From contig CACVAW010000010.1 in NCBI GenBank assembly GCA_902727925.1, forward strand, positions 8,726 through 72,725: a stretch of DNA of 64,000 bases, written 5' to 3'. Under the pieces are notes generated by a model. The model ran no database searches. It was not told the DNA's origin and saw only the letters and a program-made list of their open reading frames with translations. This document shows, one piece after another, positions 1 to 10,710 of this stretch. The stretch's first letter is position 1. Every line of letters starts with the position of its first letter. Source of the DNA: an uncultured Campylobacterales bacterium. Its GTDB lineage: Bacteria; Campylobacterota; Campylobacteria; Campylobacterales; CACVAW01. The position numbers and the translations under genes were made by a program.

Positions 1-200
1 ATATGACCTTCAGAAATATTCACAGGGATAAAATCTCTTCCATTATGAACAGTTATAGTAAGTCCTAACATATCTGGTAATATTGTACTTCTTCTTGACC
101 AAGTCTTAATTGGTTTTTTACTTTTTTCTTCTATTGCTTTTAAGACCTTTTTCAATAAATGACTATCTATAAAAGGTCCCTTTTTTAAACTTCTTGGCAT
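1..200 (-). CDS. rpsS: 30S ribosomal protein S19 (5' part; runs off the window edge)
   Basis: My reverse-complement translation from the ATG at complement 198-200 reads [66 protein letters not shown]. It sits directly downstream of rplB, as in S10 operons. It is absent from the ORF track because it is open at the window edge. Confidence 0.9.
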   Translation of the reverse strand, partial: MPRSLKKGPFIDSHLLKKVLKAIEEKSKKPIKTWSRRSTILPDMLGLTITVHNGRDFIPVNISEGH

Positions 201-202
201 TA

Positions 203-1036
203 TTACTTACCTTTTCTTCTAGTTATTATTAGTCTGTTACTTTGCTTATTTTTCTTTCTAGTCTTGTAACCCTTAGTTGGCTTACCCCATGGAGTAACTG
301 GATGACGACCTGAATTAGTCTTACCTTCACCACCACCGTGTGGGTGATCTATTGGGTTCATCGCACTACCTCTTGTTTGAGGTCTAATTCCAAGGTGTCT
401 GCTTCGTCCAGCTTTACCGATAACTATGTTTGAGAAATCTTCATTCCCAACCGTACCTACTGTAGCTATACACTCAGCTAATACTTGTCTCATTTCAGAA
501 CTTGGTAATCTAAGAACAACATATTTGCCCTCTTTACCCATAAGTTGAGCATAACCACCAGCACTTCTTGCGATCTGGCCACCATGACCTGGGTGCATTT
601 CTATGTTATGGATTATTGTACCTATTGGAATATTTTTAAGTTTCATTGCATTACCAGGCTTGATATCAAGTCCTGCTTCTGCTGAGCTTATTGTATCCCC
701 AACATTAAGTCCAGATGGTTTTAAGATATATCTTTTTTCACCATCTTTATATGTGATAAGAGCTATTCTACAGTTTCTATATGGATCGTATTCTACAGTA
801 GATACAACTCCAGGGATATCAAACTTGTTTCTTTTAAAATCTATAATTCTATATAGTTTTTTAGCACCTGCTTGTTTGTGACGAGATGTGATTCTACCGT
901 TATTATTTCTACCAGCTGCAGCAGGAATCTTTTTAAGAAGTCCTCTTACTGTTGGTTTTGATGTAATATCACCACTATCAAGATTTGTTACATATCTCCT
1001 ACTAGGAGTATAAGGTTTATAACTTTTTATTGCCAT
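203..1036 (-). CDS. rplB: 50S ribosomal protein L2
   Basis: 277-aa ORF with typical L2 sequence ([14 protein letters not shown]..., [21 protein letters not shown]). It occupies the S10-operon position. Confidence 0.97.
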   Translation of the reverse strand: MAIKSYKPYTPSRRYVTNLDSGDITSKPTVRGLLKKIPAAAGRNNNGRITSRHKQAGAKKLYRIIDFKRNKFDIPGVVSTVEYDPYRNCRIALITYKDGEKRYILKPSGLNVGDTISSAEAGLDIKPGNAMKLKNIPIGTIIHNIEMHPGHGGQIARSAGGYAQLMGKEGKYVVLRLPSSEMRQVLAECIATVGTVGNEDFSNIVIGKAGRSRHLGIRPQTRGSAMNPIDHPHGGGEGKTNSGRHPVTPWGKPTKGYKTRKKNKQSNRLIITRRKGK

Positions 1037-1039
1037 CTT

Positions 1040-1321
1040 TTATACCTCTAAGCTTTCTAGTTTAGCACCTTCAGGAAGCTTCACATAGAATTTTTTATAG
1101 TCTGCTCTTTTACCAGCTTTTCCTCTAAAGTTTTTTACCTTACCAGCTTGATTAGCCGAGTTAACTTTCAAAGGAACAAAACCAAAACAAGTTTTTAAAA
1201 TCTCTTTAAGTTGATTTTTTGTTACTTTTGGAGCTGTTTGAATTACAACTGTACCGTTCTCTTGAAGGCTCAAACTTTTCTCTGTATATAGTATTGATTT
1301 AATATCTGTTATATTTGCCAT
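1040..1321 (-). CDS. rplW: 50S ribosomal protein L23
   Basis: 93-aa ORF between rplD and rplB with an L23-like sequence (ILYTEKS..., KKFYVKL). Confidence 0.92.
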   Translation of the reverse strand: MANITDIKSILYTEKSLSLQENGTVVIQTAPKVTKNQLKEILKTCFGFVPLKVNSANQAGKVKNFRGKAGKRADYKKFYVKLPEGAKLESLEV

Positions 1322-1322
1322 A

Positions 1323-1937
1323 TCAGCCCTCTTTGATTAAATTTTCTAATACATTTTTTTCAATGATTATATTATGGAATGTAGATGCTAAATAAGCATT
1401 TAATTCATTTGACTCAATAAGATAACTATTATCTAAGTTTCTAAAAGAAAGAAATGTGTTTTCGTCTACTAAGTCTTTTACTACTAGAACATCTCTAAGG
1501 TTTAATTTACTTATGATTGCTTTAGCATCTTTTGTTTTACCACTTTGTACACTTATATCATCTACAACATAAAGTGCATTATTTTTTGCTTTTTCATTAA
1601 TAGCAAATTGAAGAGCTAATTTTTTTTGCTTTTTATTTACTTTTTGGTTGTAATTTTTATCATTACTTGGTCCGTGTGCTACACCACCACCTACAAATAA
1701 TGGAGATCTTTTACTACCAGCTCTTGCTCGTCCGCCACCTTTTTGTGCCCATGGTTTTTTACCACCACCGCTTACAGCAGATCTATTTTTTGTTTGTGCA
1801 TTATTAGCTCTCAAAGCTGCTAAATATGATTTTACATAAATATATAAGTTATGAGTATGAATATCATCAAATTTTGCTGGGATTGCTAAATCATCTTTTT
1901 TTTCAAACTTCTCATTTAAGACTATAGCTTTACTCAT
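1323..1937 (-). CDS. rplD: 50S ribosomal protein L4
   Basis: 204-aa ORF with the L4 motif [20 protein letters not shown]. Operon position fits. Confidence 0.93.
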   Translation of the reverse strand: MSKAIVLNEKFEKKDDLAIPAKFDDIHTHNLYIYVKSYLAALRANNAQTKNRSAVSGGGKKPWAQKGGGRARAGSKRSPLFVGGGVAHGPSNDKNYNQKVNKKQKKLALQFAINEKAKNNALYVVDDISVQSGKTKDAKAIISKLNLRDVLVVKDLVDENTFLSFRNLDNSYLIESNELNAYLASTFHNIIIEKNVLENLIKEG

Positions 1938-2509
1938 TTTGAAATCCTTAATTTACCTAAACTTCCGTTTGAACCAGGAATTGAACCTTTTAGCACAACT
2001 ATACCAGTTTGGGCGTCAAAAGAAAGTATTTCATTTTTTACAGTTATTTTTTTATTTCCGTACTGACCAGGCATTTTTTTGTTTTTCATTACACGACCTG
2101 GGAATTCAGCATTACCAATAGAACCAGTTGTTCTATGGAAACGTGAACCATGACTTCCAGGACCACCTGCAAAGTTCCATCTCTTTATAACACCAGAAAA
2201 ACCTCTACCTTTAGACTCTAAAGATAGTTTTACTTTTACGCCTTCTACTAGAGCACTTGTATCTATATCTCCAGCTTCTGTGTTAGCTACATCAAGTGTT
2301 ACAAATCTATTAAATTCTTTACTTAAGTTATACTTTTTTTGTTGACCTTGAATCGCTTTGTTTGTAGTTTTGCCAAATGTATATGCAACTGTTGCTACAT
2401 TTTCATTTACTTCACAAACTTTTTGATCAAGAACTTTACAAAGAGTAACTGCACTACTATTAGTAGTTACTGTTCTGCTCATTCCGATTTTTTCTATTAT
2501 AAATTCCAT
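1934..2509 (-). CDS. rplC: 50S ribosomal protein L3
   Basis: L3 sequence ([13 protein letters not shown]..., [22 protein letters not shown]). The track ORF starts at a TTG (2515) only 1 nt after GGAG. The ATG at 2509 has 7-nt spacing to GGAG and is preferred. Confidence 0.92.
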   Translation of the reverse strand: MEFIIEKIGMSRTVTTNSSAVTLCKVLDQKVCEVNENVATVAYTFGKTTNKAIQGQQKKYNLSKEFNRFVTLDVANTEAGDIDTSALVEGVKVKLSLESKGRGFSGVIKRWNFAGGPGSHGSRFHRTTGSIGNAEFPGRVMKNKKMPGQYGNKKITVKNEILSFDAQTGIVVLKGSIPGSNGSLGKLRISK

Positions 2510-2520
2510 ATACAATCTCC

Positions 2521-2832
2521 CTACTTACTCATCTTAGTTATTTCTACATTTATTTCAGGAGCAATATCTAGTTTTACCAACGAATCCACTGTATCACCAG
2601 TAGCCGAAATAATATCAATAAGTCTTGAGTGAATTCTGATTTCGAATTGTTCACGAGAATCTTTATTTACGTGAGGAGACCTAAGTACTGTGTACTTCTT
2701 TATACTTGTTGGTAAAGGTATTGGACCTTTAATCTCTGCGCCTGTTCTTTTTGCAGCATCTACGATAGCTACAACAGTTTTATCTAAAACTTTAGCATCA
2801 TACGCTTTTAGTTTAAGCCTTAACTTTTCCAC
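2521..2832 (-). CDS. rpsJ: 30S ribosomal protein S10
   Basis: 103-aa ORF with S10 sequence ([11 protein letters not shown]..., [25 protein letters not shown]). It is the first gene of the S10 operon. Confidence 0.95.
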   Translation of the reverse strand: MEKLRLKLKAYDAKVLDKTVVAIVDAAKRTGAEIKGPIPLPTSIKKYTVLRSPHVNKDSREQFEIRIHSRLIDIISATGDTVDSLVKLDIAPEINVEITKMSK

Positions 2833-2897
2833 ATTTATTCCTTGTTTTTATAAAGATCATGGCGAAACGTCGCCTCTCTACTTGCATAGAGAACGGG

Positions 2898-2905
2898 ATT
2901 ATACA
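2898..2905 (-). promoter_or_regulatory. Candidate extended -10 box (TGTATAAT on the minus strand) for the S10 operon
   Basis: The plus strand reads attataca, which is TGTATAAT on the minus strand, about 65 nt upstream of the rpsJ start. The same TGTATAAT box recurs upstream of other operons in the window. Confidence 0.35.
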
Positions 2906-2979
2906 AAAACAAGATTATTTTTTCTTTGAATTATTACATTTTACGTCCTTATTAAAAGGATAATAATTAAAGAAATAAA

Positions 2980-3807
2980 TTATGTGAATTTTTGAGAAGA
3001 TGCTTGTGTTATAGTTCTATTTACCAAAATGGTAACAATCATAGATAGGACTACATAGACAAAAAAGAAATAAAACCCTACTTCAATTATCGCTTTTGTA
3101 TTTATATTACTATCTAAGCTTAAAAAGACTAAAAGAATAGACACGACAAAGATATCTGCCATAGACCACTTACCAATACTCTTAAAAAAGTTAATAACAC
3201 AAGGAGTGTACTTATTTTCAAACAAAACAACAAAAAGAATACAAAAGGTCTTAAGTACTGGTAAAATCACCGAAAAACAAAAGATAATAAGAGCTACTAT
3301 TATATTATCATTGTAATAAAGCTTATGAATTGAACCTAAAATACTTTTGGATTCATAAGATATCACTACATCACCTATATAAGAAATGTTCTTTTGAATT
3401 AGTACTGTAAGTATTGGACAGACTAACCCAAAAAAAAGAGTTATTAAAAGAGCTATACTCATAATAGAAATAAACACTCTTAAAGACAAGAAGAAGTAGC
3501 TAAGTACTAAAAGAGATATAACCAATATAAAGTAAAGACTATATTCATTTGCTTTTGATTTATTAAGATTTTGAGAGATATACAACTCTTTTGTCTTATT
3601 AACCTCATCAAAACTAATAAGTCCAAAAGTAAGTGTATCAATTAATGTTTTTGTATTTGATTCTACTAAGTTTTCAATACTCTTGGTTTTGATTAAATCA
3701 TATGTATTTTTTTGATAAGTATCAGAGTATGAGTAAGACTTAAATCCCAAAAATATAAGTAGGGCAAAAGCTACCCCTACAGATACAAATTTAAGCCCTT
3801 TTGTCAT
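2980..3807 (-). CDS. Polytopic membrane protein, paraquat-inducible protein A (PqiA)-like
   Basis: 275-aa multi-TM ORF. The segment GKWSMADIFVVSILLVFL resembles the WSM-DVF motif of the PqiA family. It overlaps the ccsBA stop by 4 nt. Confidence 0.5.
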   Translation of the reverse strand: MTKGLKFVSVGVAFALLIFLGFKSYSYSDTYQKNTYDLIKTKSIENLVESNTKTLIDTLTFGLISFDEVNKTKELYISQNLNKSKANEYSLYFILVISLLVLSYFFLSLRVFISIMSIALLITLFFGLVCPILTVLIQKNISYIGDVVISYESKSILGSIHKLYYNDNIIVALIIFCFSVILPVLKTFCILFVVLFENKYTPCVINFFKSIGKWSMADIFVVSILLVFLSLDSNINTKAIIEVGFYFFFVYVVLSMIVTILVNRTITQASSQKFT

Positions 3808-6347
3808 CTATTTCTAACTTTTGCTAAGAGTGCTAAAAGAGCAATAAAACCTATCAAGAAATATAGTTCATTAGGAATAGGAAGTGGATCACCTGAAGCG
3901 TATGAGTGAAGACCTTTTAAGAAGTGATTAACTCCAAAGTATGTCATCAATATAGAACTAAACGCTACAACTGAACTAAGCGCAAAAAGATACGCAGAAC
4001 TAAGTTTTGGTACAAGTCTAAGATGAAGAACCATAACATAAACAATAATAGATACTAACGCCCATGTCTCCTTAGCATCCCAACCCCAATACCGACCCCA
4101 ACTCTCATTTGCCCAAATACCACCTAAGAAGTTACCAATGGTAAGTAGCGTAACACCTATAATTATAGATATTTCGTTTATTTTATTTGCATCTTTTATA
4201 AAGTCCGTTCTTTTTAATGACATAAATATAAGCGTAAAAATACCTATTAAAAAAGAGAGTCCAAAAAATCCATAACTCGCAGTTATGACAGATACATGAA
4301 TCATCAGCCAATATGACTTTAATACTGGTACAAGATGTGTGATTTGAGGATCTACCCAACTAAGATGTGCTACAAAAAGAAAAACTCCCGAAAGAATACA
4401 AGATGAAGCAATAATCATAAACGATTTTTTATTAAGTACTATACCTGCAAGTGCAATAGCAAATGATATATAAAGCATACTTTCATAAGAATTACTCCAA
4501 GGAGCATGTCCTGATATATACCACCTAAACCCAAGTCCTATGATATGAAATACGAAACATATTCCAAAAGATACTAATGAAATATTAAACAACATATTTA
4601 GCTTTTTATTCATATATATACGAACAAACATTAGTAATATAAATATAAGTCCAAGTATCAAATATGCTTTTAAAAGATGTTTAAAAATATCTAATTTATA
4701 AAACATAATTTCAGCTTTGATTTTTTCATCACTTGGCATATAAGATGAAAGTTCTTTTTGTTTTGATATAACCTTTTTACCTAACTTATTGGCATATTCC
4801 CACTTCCCTTTTTCCATGCCTATATCAAGAGCAAGTAGATAGATAGAAAAAAGCTGAGTGAAATCTTCAGGAGATAATTCATCGTTTGGACTAAGCCATA
4901 CATCAGAATCTGTTGGTACAACTCTAATTAACCCTCCTGTATAGACCATATACATAATGTTTACTTTTTCATCAATTTTTAATATCTCTTTATCTAGTTT
5001 GTTTCTTTTTATAGGAGGTTTTGCAGATATTTTTCTGACTTGATCACCTAGTATATACCAACTAGTTAAATTATCTTCTTTAAACATATCGCTATACGAT
5101 ATGTTCTCTTTTATATTTAATTTCTGTGCTAGATTTTCTGAAATATTAAAAATGATTTTTTGTTGATGTTCTTTTGGCTTTAATAACATTTCTATCAAGT
5201 TCTTGTTTGTGGAATGAACTCCAAGCTTATCTGATATCTCATAAGCTAAGGTGTTTATAGGTTTTATCCTACCTTGAAAGTCTTGAACCAATATATTTGA
5301 AAATATTTCCAAGTGTGAATCTAAATCATTTGCTTTTAAGTCTCCCATACAGATACATAGCAGAAGTGCTGGAAGTACGGTATTTGAATTAAGTAATTTT
5401 CTCAGTCTTGAATTTGGATTAAAAAGATTACCAAATAATCCTATTATAAGTAAAAAATACCCTATGTATGTAGGTATTTTACCAGGATCATAATTGGCTG
5501 AGAGAACAGTTCCTTTCTCATCTTCATCATAAGATGATTGGAAGAATCTATACCCTTTATGATCAAGTGTGTTATTCATAAATATTTCATGGTCTGAACT
5601 AGTGTTTTCATCTATAAGAGTAATTTTACTTTTAAATGATGAAGGAGAATTTGAACCAGGATAAGTATCAAGAATAAAATCATTTAATTTTATATGAAAT
5701 CCCAAAGGATAAGTTTTAGATACTATTTTTTGAGATATATACATATCTTTAAATCCAAACTTTGTTGATATATCACTCTTAATTAGAGATATTCCACTTT
5801 TTGTTTTTTGATATTCTATATCAAACATAAATGTATCTACTACTTCACCCTCAACTATTTCTTTGAAAGTAAGTTTCACCGCGTCTTCATTTAATTTATA
5901 TATAAGTACTTGATTATTAAGACCATTATTTATTAACTTATCTTTAAAAGAAAATTCTTGTCCATCTTTTTTTATAGTAGTTACAAGATAGTTCGTTACT
6001 GTTTGCATATAGTTTTTACTCTCACCTTCTCTTATATGAACCATTCCCTCAAACCCAAAATACCTTGTAATAAATGCACCAATAATAATCACAATAAAAG
6101 ATATATGAAAAATAAAAATTGTGATTTTCTTGAGTCTATACATTTTGTATCTAATAATATTGATAATAAGACCTATAGCCAAATACCCCATCAATAGCTC
6201 TAATCCAATACTTGAATAGACCAAATCAAACGCCGTATCAGTACTATAAATACTCTCAATAAAGGTGGCATACCCTAACAAAAAAGCAAATATTGCTAAT
6301 CCTGCCAAAATAAGAGGCATCGAAAATATGCTCTTTAATATGTTCAT
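3804..6347 (-). CDS. ccsBA: Cytochrome c biogenesis protein CcsBA (fused ResB/CcsB-CcsA, system II)
   Basis: Large polytopic ORF with the CcsA tryptophan-rich heme-handling motif WANESWGRYWGWDAKETWAL near the C-terminus and a ResB-like N-terminal half. The track start is 6437. The ATG at 6347 (MNILKSIF...), preceded by AAAGG, is more plausible. Confidence 0.85.
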   Translation of the reverse strand: MNILKSIFSMPLILAGLAIFAFLLGYATFIESIYSTDTAFDLVYSSIGLELLMGYLAIGLIINIIRYKMYRLKKITIFIFHISFIVIIIGAFITRYFGFEGMVHIREGESKNYMQTVTNYLVTTIKKDGQEFSFKDKLINNGLNNQVLIYKLNEDAVKLTFKEIVEGEVVDTFMFDIEYQKTKSGISLIKSDISTKFGFKDMYISQKIVSKTYPLGFHIKLNDFILDTYPGSNSPSSFKSKITLIDENTSSDHEIFMNNTLDHKGYRFFQSSYDEDEKGTVLSANYDPGKIPTYIGYFLLIIGLFGNLFNPNSRLRKLLNSNTVLPALLLCICMGDLKANDLDSHLEIFSNILVQDFQGRIKPINTLAYEISDKLGVHSTNKNLIEMLLKPKEHQQKIIFNISENLAQKLNIKENISYSDMFKEDNLTSWYILGDQVRKISAKPPIKRNKLDKEILKIDEKVNIMYMVYTGGLIRVVPTDSDVWLSPNDELSPEDFTQLFSIYLLALDIGMEKGKWEYANKLGKKVISKQKELSSYMPSDEKIKAEIMFYKLDIFKHLLKAYLILGLIFILLMFVRIYMNKKLNMLFNISLVSFGICFVFHIIGLGFRWYISGHAPWSNSYESMLYISFAIALAGIVLNKKSFMIIASSCILSGVFLFVAHLSWVDPQITHLVPVLKSYWLMIHVSVITASYGFFGLSFLIGIFTLIFMSLKRTDFIKDANKINEISIIIGVTLLTIGNFLGGIWANESWGRYWGWDAKETWALVSIIVYVMVLHLRLVPKLSSAYLFALSSVVAFSSILMTYFGVNHFLKGLHSYASGDPLPIPNELYFLIGFIALLALLAKVRNR

Positions 6348-6370
6348 CAATAAGCCTTTAATAATATTTA

Positions 6371-6413
6371 TTGAGACCACTAAATAAATATATGATTTAT
6401 TTAGTGGTCTCAA
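6371..6413. repeat. Perfect 19-bp inverted repeat with a 5-nt spacer in the ccsBA/acs divergent intergenic region
   Basis: ttgagaccactaaataaat-atatg-atttatttagtggtctcaa. The arms are exact reverse complements (6371-6389 and 6395-6413). Confidence 0.9.
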
Positions 6414-6475
6414 TTTTGTAATTTTACAAAACTTCAATTACAATAACGATTATAATTCACATTAAAGGTCTAAAT

Positions 6476-8401
6476 ATGATATTCAAGCCAAATCCTAATA
6501 AATTTAAAAATGCTACTTTTAATAATATGGATGAATATAATGAACTATGTCAAAAATTTCTAAACAACTACGAAGGGACTTGGAGTCAAATAGCAAAAGA
6601 AAATCTAGACTGGTTATCACCATACTCAAAAACTCTCGATTCTAGTAACGCACCTTTTTACAAATGGTTTATTGACGGAAAAATAAACATATCAAATGAA
6701 TGTATAGATAGACACTTAAATACTAAAGCAAATCAAAAAGCAATTATATTTGAAGCTGATGATGGAACTAGCAAAACACTTACATATAAAGAACTTCACA
6801 GAGAAGTGAACAAGTGTTCAAATATGTTAGTAAACGAGTTTAACATCAAAAAAGGTGATAGAGTAATACTATATATGCCAATGATACTTGAATCTGTAAT
6901 ATCAATGTTAGCATGTACAAGAATAGGAGCAATTCATAGTGTAGTATTTGGTGGGTTTAGTGATATCGCTTTGAGAGATAGAATAATAGACGCAAAAGCA
7001 AAGCTAGTAATCACAGCAGATGGAGCATACAGAAAAGGCAAGCCCTATATGCTAAAGCCTACAGTAGATAGTGCTTGTGAAAACATAAAAGATATAAAAA
7101 TATGTGCAGTAAAAAGAAATAACGAAAATATTAGCTGGGATGAAAACAAAGATTACGACTATAACAAACTAATACAAACTCAGTCTGATAAATTTGATTT
7201 TGTACAAATGGACAGTGAAGATCCACTTTTTATATTATATACTAGTGGAAGTACTGGTAAGCCTAAAGGTGTACTACACTCCGGAGCTGGATATATATTG
7301 TGGGCGAAGATGACTATGAAATGGACTTTTGACTTACAACCAAACGATGTATATTGGTGCAGCGCTGATATAGGATGGATAACAGGACATACATATAGTG
7401 TATACGGACCCCTTGCATGTGGTGGAACAACTATAATATATGAAGGAGTTCCAACCTATCCAAATGACTCAAGATGCTGGGAAATCATAGAGAAATACAA
7501 AGTAAATCAGTTCTATACAGCTCCAACTCTTCTTAGGCTTCTTCACAAGCTAAATAGTAAAGGAGCGCTAAACCACGATGTAAGTAGTTTAAGAATACTT
7601 GGGAGTGTAGGTGAGCCAATAGACACAAATAGCTGGCTATGGTACTACGAAAGTATAGGTAAAAAAGAATGCTCTATAGTAGATACTTGGTGGCAAACAG
7701 AAACAGGTGGACACATGATAACACCACTTCCAAACGCAACTCCTATGAAACCAACAAGTGCCTGCTTCCCTCTTCCAGGTATAGAAGCAAAGATACTGGA
7801 TACTGATGGTAATGAATGTGAAAATAATAAAAAAGGTCTTCTTTGTATAACAAAGCCATGGCCAAGTATGATAAGAACTATTTATAACGATGATAAAAGA
7901 TTTGTAAGTGCATATTTTGGTGACGCAACATATCAAGAAAAACCTGTATATTTCAGTGGAGACGGAGCATACAAAGATGATGATGGCTATATATTTGTCA
8001 CAGGAAGAGTAGATGATGTGATAAACGTAAGTGGACACAGAATAGGAACAGCAGAACTAGAAACTGCTATCCAAAATCATCACAATGTAGCAGAAGTTGC
8101 AGTAGTAAAAAAAGCTCATATTATTAAAGGAGAAAGTATATTTTCTTTTGTAGTACTAAAGGCAGATACAGACAAAAACTCTTTGAAATCAGAACTAAAT
8201 CAAATAATCAAAAAAGAAATTGGAGCTTTTGCGGTATTAGAAGATCTTGCAATATCTCCAGGATTGCCAAAAACAAGAAGTGGTAAAGTAATGAGAAGAA
8301 TACTAAGACAAATAGCTGGTAATGAAGAGGTCAGTGGAGATATTTCAACACTAGAAGACCCTAGTATTGTTAAGAAATTACAAAATGTAATGAATGATTA
8401 A
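6476..8401 (+). CDS. acs: Acetyl-CoA synthetase (AMP-forming)
   Basis: 641 aa with the AMP-binding motif YTSGSTGKPKGV and a C-terminal PKTRSGKVMRR. The overall Acs layout is present. Confidence 0.93.
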   Translation: MIFKPNPNKFKNATFNNMDEYNELCQKFLNNYEGTWSQIAKENLDWLSPYSKTLDSSNAPFYKWFIDGKINISNECIDRHLNTKANQKAIIFEADDGTSKTLTYKELHREVNKCSNMLVNEFNIKKGDRVILYMPMILESVISMLACTRIGAIHSVVFGGFSDIALRDRIIDAKAKLVITADGAYRKGKPYMLKPTVDSACENIKDIKICAVKRNNENISWDENKDYDYNKLIQTQSDKFDFVQMDSEDPLFILYTSGSTGKPKGVLHSGAGYILWAKMTMKWTFDLQPNDVYWCSADIGWITGHTYSVYGPLACGGTTIIYEGVPTYPNDSRCWEIIEKYKVNQFYTAPTLLRLLHKLNSKGALNHDVSSLRILGSVGEPIDTNSWLWYYESIGKKECSIVDTWWQTETGGHMITPLPNATPMKPTSACFPLPGIEAKILDTDGNECENNKKGLLCITKPWPSMIRTIYNDDKRFVSAYFGDATYQEKPVYFSGDGAYKDDDGYIFVTGRVDDVINVSGHRIGTAELETAIQNHHNVAEVAVVKKAHIIKGESIFSFVVLKADTDKNSLKSELNQIIKKEIGAFAVLEDLAISPGLPKTRSGKVMRRILRQIAGNEEVSGDISTLEDPSIVKKLQNVMND

Positions 8402-8408
8402 TATAATT

Positions 8409-8417
8409 TGTTATAAT
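8409..8417 (+). promoter_or_regulatory. Candidate extended -10 box (TGTTATAAT)
   Basis: A TGnTATAAT match 33 nt upstream of the 8450 start codon, followed by the AGGAG RBS. Confidence 0.35.
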
Positions 8418-8449
8418 TCGAGCAATTAATTTAAATTAGGAGACTAAAA

Positions 8450-9151
8450 ATGAGAAACTCATATGATAGTAGAACTAGCGAAGGTTCATTCGCTCAAGAA
8501 CAGAGTAATGTAATTACTAAAAACAGAGCCGCATTCATCGCAAAAACTTATCAACTTTTTGGTGCAAGTTTACTTGCTGGAGCAGCTGGAGCTTATGTTG
8601 GACTAGACATTGCTGCAACTATTGCTCAGTATCAATGGTTCATATTCATTCCATGGGTATTGTTTGCTATGTTTGGTATGAGAATGGTAGCTGATAAGCC
8701 AGGCATTAATTTAATAGCTCTGTTTATCTTTGCTTTTGTTGGTGGTCTTGTTATTGCTCCAATGCTTAGTATGTATGTCCAAATGGGTAAAACAAATATA
8801 ATTGCAAATGCTTTTGCTTCTACTGCAGTTTTATTTGGTGGTCTTAGTGTATATGCGATGAAAACAAAAACTGATTTTTCTTCATGGGGAAAACCACTTG
8901 TAGTTGCATTTATACTTACTTTTGTAATATCTTTAGTAAATGCTTTTATTTTTAAAAGTCCTATTTTATTTATAGGATTACAAGCTGTATGGTTAATGGT
9001 AATTAGTGGATTAGTTCTATTTGATACTCAAAATATTATTAGAGGATTATATAGAACACCTGTTGAGGCTGCTTTGTCTTTATATATAAACTTCTTTAAT
9101 ATGTTTATAACACTATTACAGATTTTTGGATTTATGGGTGGAGATGACTAA
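8450..9151 (+). CDS. BAX inhibitor-1/YccA family membrane protein
   Basis: 233 aa with seven predicted TM segments. It has the family-typical N-terminal FIAKTYQLF and the FDTQNIIRG segment. Confidence 0.8.
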   Translation: MRNSYDSRTSEGSFAQEQSNVITKNRAAFIAKTYQLFGASLLAGAAGAYVGLDIAATIAQYQWFIFIPWVLFAMFGMRMVADKPGINLIALFIFAFVGGLVIAPMLSMYVQMGKTNIIANAFASTAVLFGGLSVYAMKTKTDFSSWGKPLVVAFILTFVISLVNAFIFKSPILFIGLQAVWLMVISGLVLFDTQNIIRGLYRTPVEAALSLYINFFNMFITLLQIFGFMGGDD

Positions 9152-9542
9152 TAATACTGACTCTATTTATAGGGTTATAGATGCTAACTTAAACCGTCTT
9201 AAAGAGGGGTTAAGAGTCATTGAAGATATACAAAGATATATCTTCAATGACAAAAAAAATTCTAAAAAACTAAAAGAGCTAAGACATTTAAGCTCTTCTA
9301 TAGATATTGAATACTCAAAACTACTTGAGTTTAGAGATACTAATTCTGATGTTCTTAAAGCAACAACAAAAAGTGAAGCATCAAGAACTGATCTAAAAAG
9401 TATCCAAATAGCAAACTTCAAAAGAGTTCAAGAGTCTGCTAGAGTATTAGAAGAGATATTAAAACTTATTGACGTAAACCAAGCAGAAATATTTAAGACT
9501 ATTAGATACGAAGCTTATAATATAGAAAAAGAGTTGTTTTAG
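9126..9542 (+). CDS. Hypothetical protein (resembles small proteins often annotated thiamine-phosphate synthase-like)
   Basis: 138-aa ORF. IYRVIDANLNRLKEGLRVIEDIQRYIF resembles an N-terminal helical domain I recall in ThiE-associated proteins. The start is uncertain (TTG 9126, GTG 9138 or ATG 9144). Confidence 0.45.
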   Translation: MDLWVEMTNNTDSIYRVIDANLNRLKEGLRVIEDIQRYIFNDKKNSKKLKELRHLSSSIDIEYSKLLEFRDTNSDVLKATTKSEASRTDLKSIQIANFKRVQESARVLEEILKLIDVNQAEIFKTIRYEAYNIEKELF

Positions 9543-9592
9543 TAAATTTTGCTAGAATATATTGATATTAACAATAAAAAGCGAGCCTTATT

Positions 9593-10030
9593 ATGTATAA
9601 ATTTATTCTTCTTTTATTATTAACATTTAGTTTTGGACTTGCTATTGAACAAAACACATCTAAAACATTATCTGATAAAAATATTTCTATGACTCTTATG
9701 GTTGAAGGTATTGAACTTTATAAAAAAGGTAGGTATTCAGATGCTATTAGTAAACTCAAAAAATCTATTCATATCGATCCAAAAAATCATGTATCACATT
9801 TTGTAATAGGTCTATCTTATGATGAACAAGGAAACTTATCTCAAAACCTAAAAGACATAGAAAAAGCTTACAAATATGTCAAACGATCTACCCAATTAAA
9901 AGAAGAGAACACTTCAAAAGAAGTTCTTGTCTATCTAGAAAAAAAAATAGACTTAATCAAAACGCCACGAGAACAACCACAATACCACAAAAAAGAATGT
10001 TCAACTTGTCCTATTGGTGATCTTTTATAA
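9593..10030 (+). CDS. Secreted TPR-like protein
   Basis: 145 aa with an N-terminal signal-like peptide MYKFILLLLLTFSFGLA. It has a TPR-like repeat, GRYSDAISKLKKSIHIDPKNHVSHFVIGLSY. Confidence 0.5.
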   Translation: MYKFILLLLLTFSFGLAIEQNTSKTLSDKNISMTLMVEGIELYKKGRYSDAISKLKKSIHIDPKNHVSHFVIGLSYDEQGNLSQNLKDIEKAYKYVKRSTQLKEENTSKEVLVYLEKKIDLIKTPREQPQYHKKECSTCPIGDLL

Positions 10031-10293
10031 TTAATAAAGACCTCTAAACATTTATAATCCAATTTTCTTTCCAAATAATTTAACTTTATAATATTAAGAT
10101 ATAATCACAAACTTTTTTAGTAATGAGATCTCTGAATAGATATAGTATTTATAGGTTTCATCTGTTCTAAAAATGGGTAGTATTGAGATGAACAAAGACT
10201 CTTGTCTAGTGTCACCTCGCTAAGAGAAGCCCGAATATGCTTTATGTATAGAAATATACTTACAAATATTTGAAACTCAAAATAAGGAACGAA

Positions 10294-10668
10294 ATGCCTA
10301 CAATCAATCAACTCGTAAGAAACGAGAGAAAAAAAGTGGTTAAGAAATCAAAATCACCAGCACTAAATAGCTGTCCTCAAAGAAGAGGAGTATGTACTAG
10401 AGTATATACAACAACTCCAAAAAAACCAAACTCAGCACTTAGAAAAGTAGCAAAAGTTAGACTTACTTCAGGATTTGAAGTAATTAGTTATATCGGTGGT
10501 GAAGGTCATAACCTTCAAGAACACTCAATTGTTTTAGTTCGTGGTGGTAGAGTAAAAGATTTACCAGGTGTTAAATATCATATAGTTCGTGGTGCACTAG
10601 ATACTGCTGGAGTTGCTAATAGAAAAGTAGCAAGAAGTAAATACGGAACTAAAAAACCTAAAAAATAA
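10294..10668 (+). CDS. rpsL: 30S ribosomal protein S12
   Basis: [14 protein letters not shown]...[19 protein letters not shown]... The ATG at 10294 is preceded by AAGGAA. The track ORF's upstream extension is rejected. Confidence 0.96.
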   Translation: MPTINQLVRNERKKVVKKSKSPALNSCPQRRGVCTRVYTTTPKKPNSALRKVAKVRLTSGFEVISYIGGEGHNLQEHSIVLVRGGRVKDLPGVKYHIVRGALDTAGVANRKVARSKYGTKKPKK

Positions 10669-10710
10669 TTAGAATCAAATTTTAGTACTAAAGTAATTTA
10701 TAAAGAATTA

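Noticed and set aside
603-881. Antisense or shadow ORFs in the track that lie inside well-supported genes. Examples are 603-881, 1939-2121, 2339-2632, 5958-6197, 7637-8038, 11628-11969, 15759-16025, 23752-24156, 26136-26342, 35403-35669, 42284-42550, 43162-43455, 44302-44490, 49368-49628, 52623-53090, 54054-54431, 61886-62155 and 62748-63110.
   Set aside because: Each overlaps a conserved gene on the opposite strand or in another frame. They have low-complexity or hydrophobic junk composition typical of AT-rich shadow frames, and they lack RBS context.
10117-10311. The 64-aa minus-strand ORF in the 263-nt region upstream of rpsL. I also considered whether this region hides a tRNA or small RNA.
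   Set aside because: The ORF overlaps the rpsL start and has no RBS and no recognisable sequence. I found no tRNA-like T-arm (GGTTCGAAT-type) or other known RNA signature. The region is more simply the rpsL promoter (TATAAT at 10100-10105) and a long leader.
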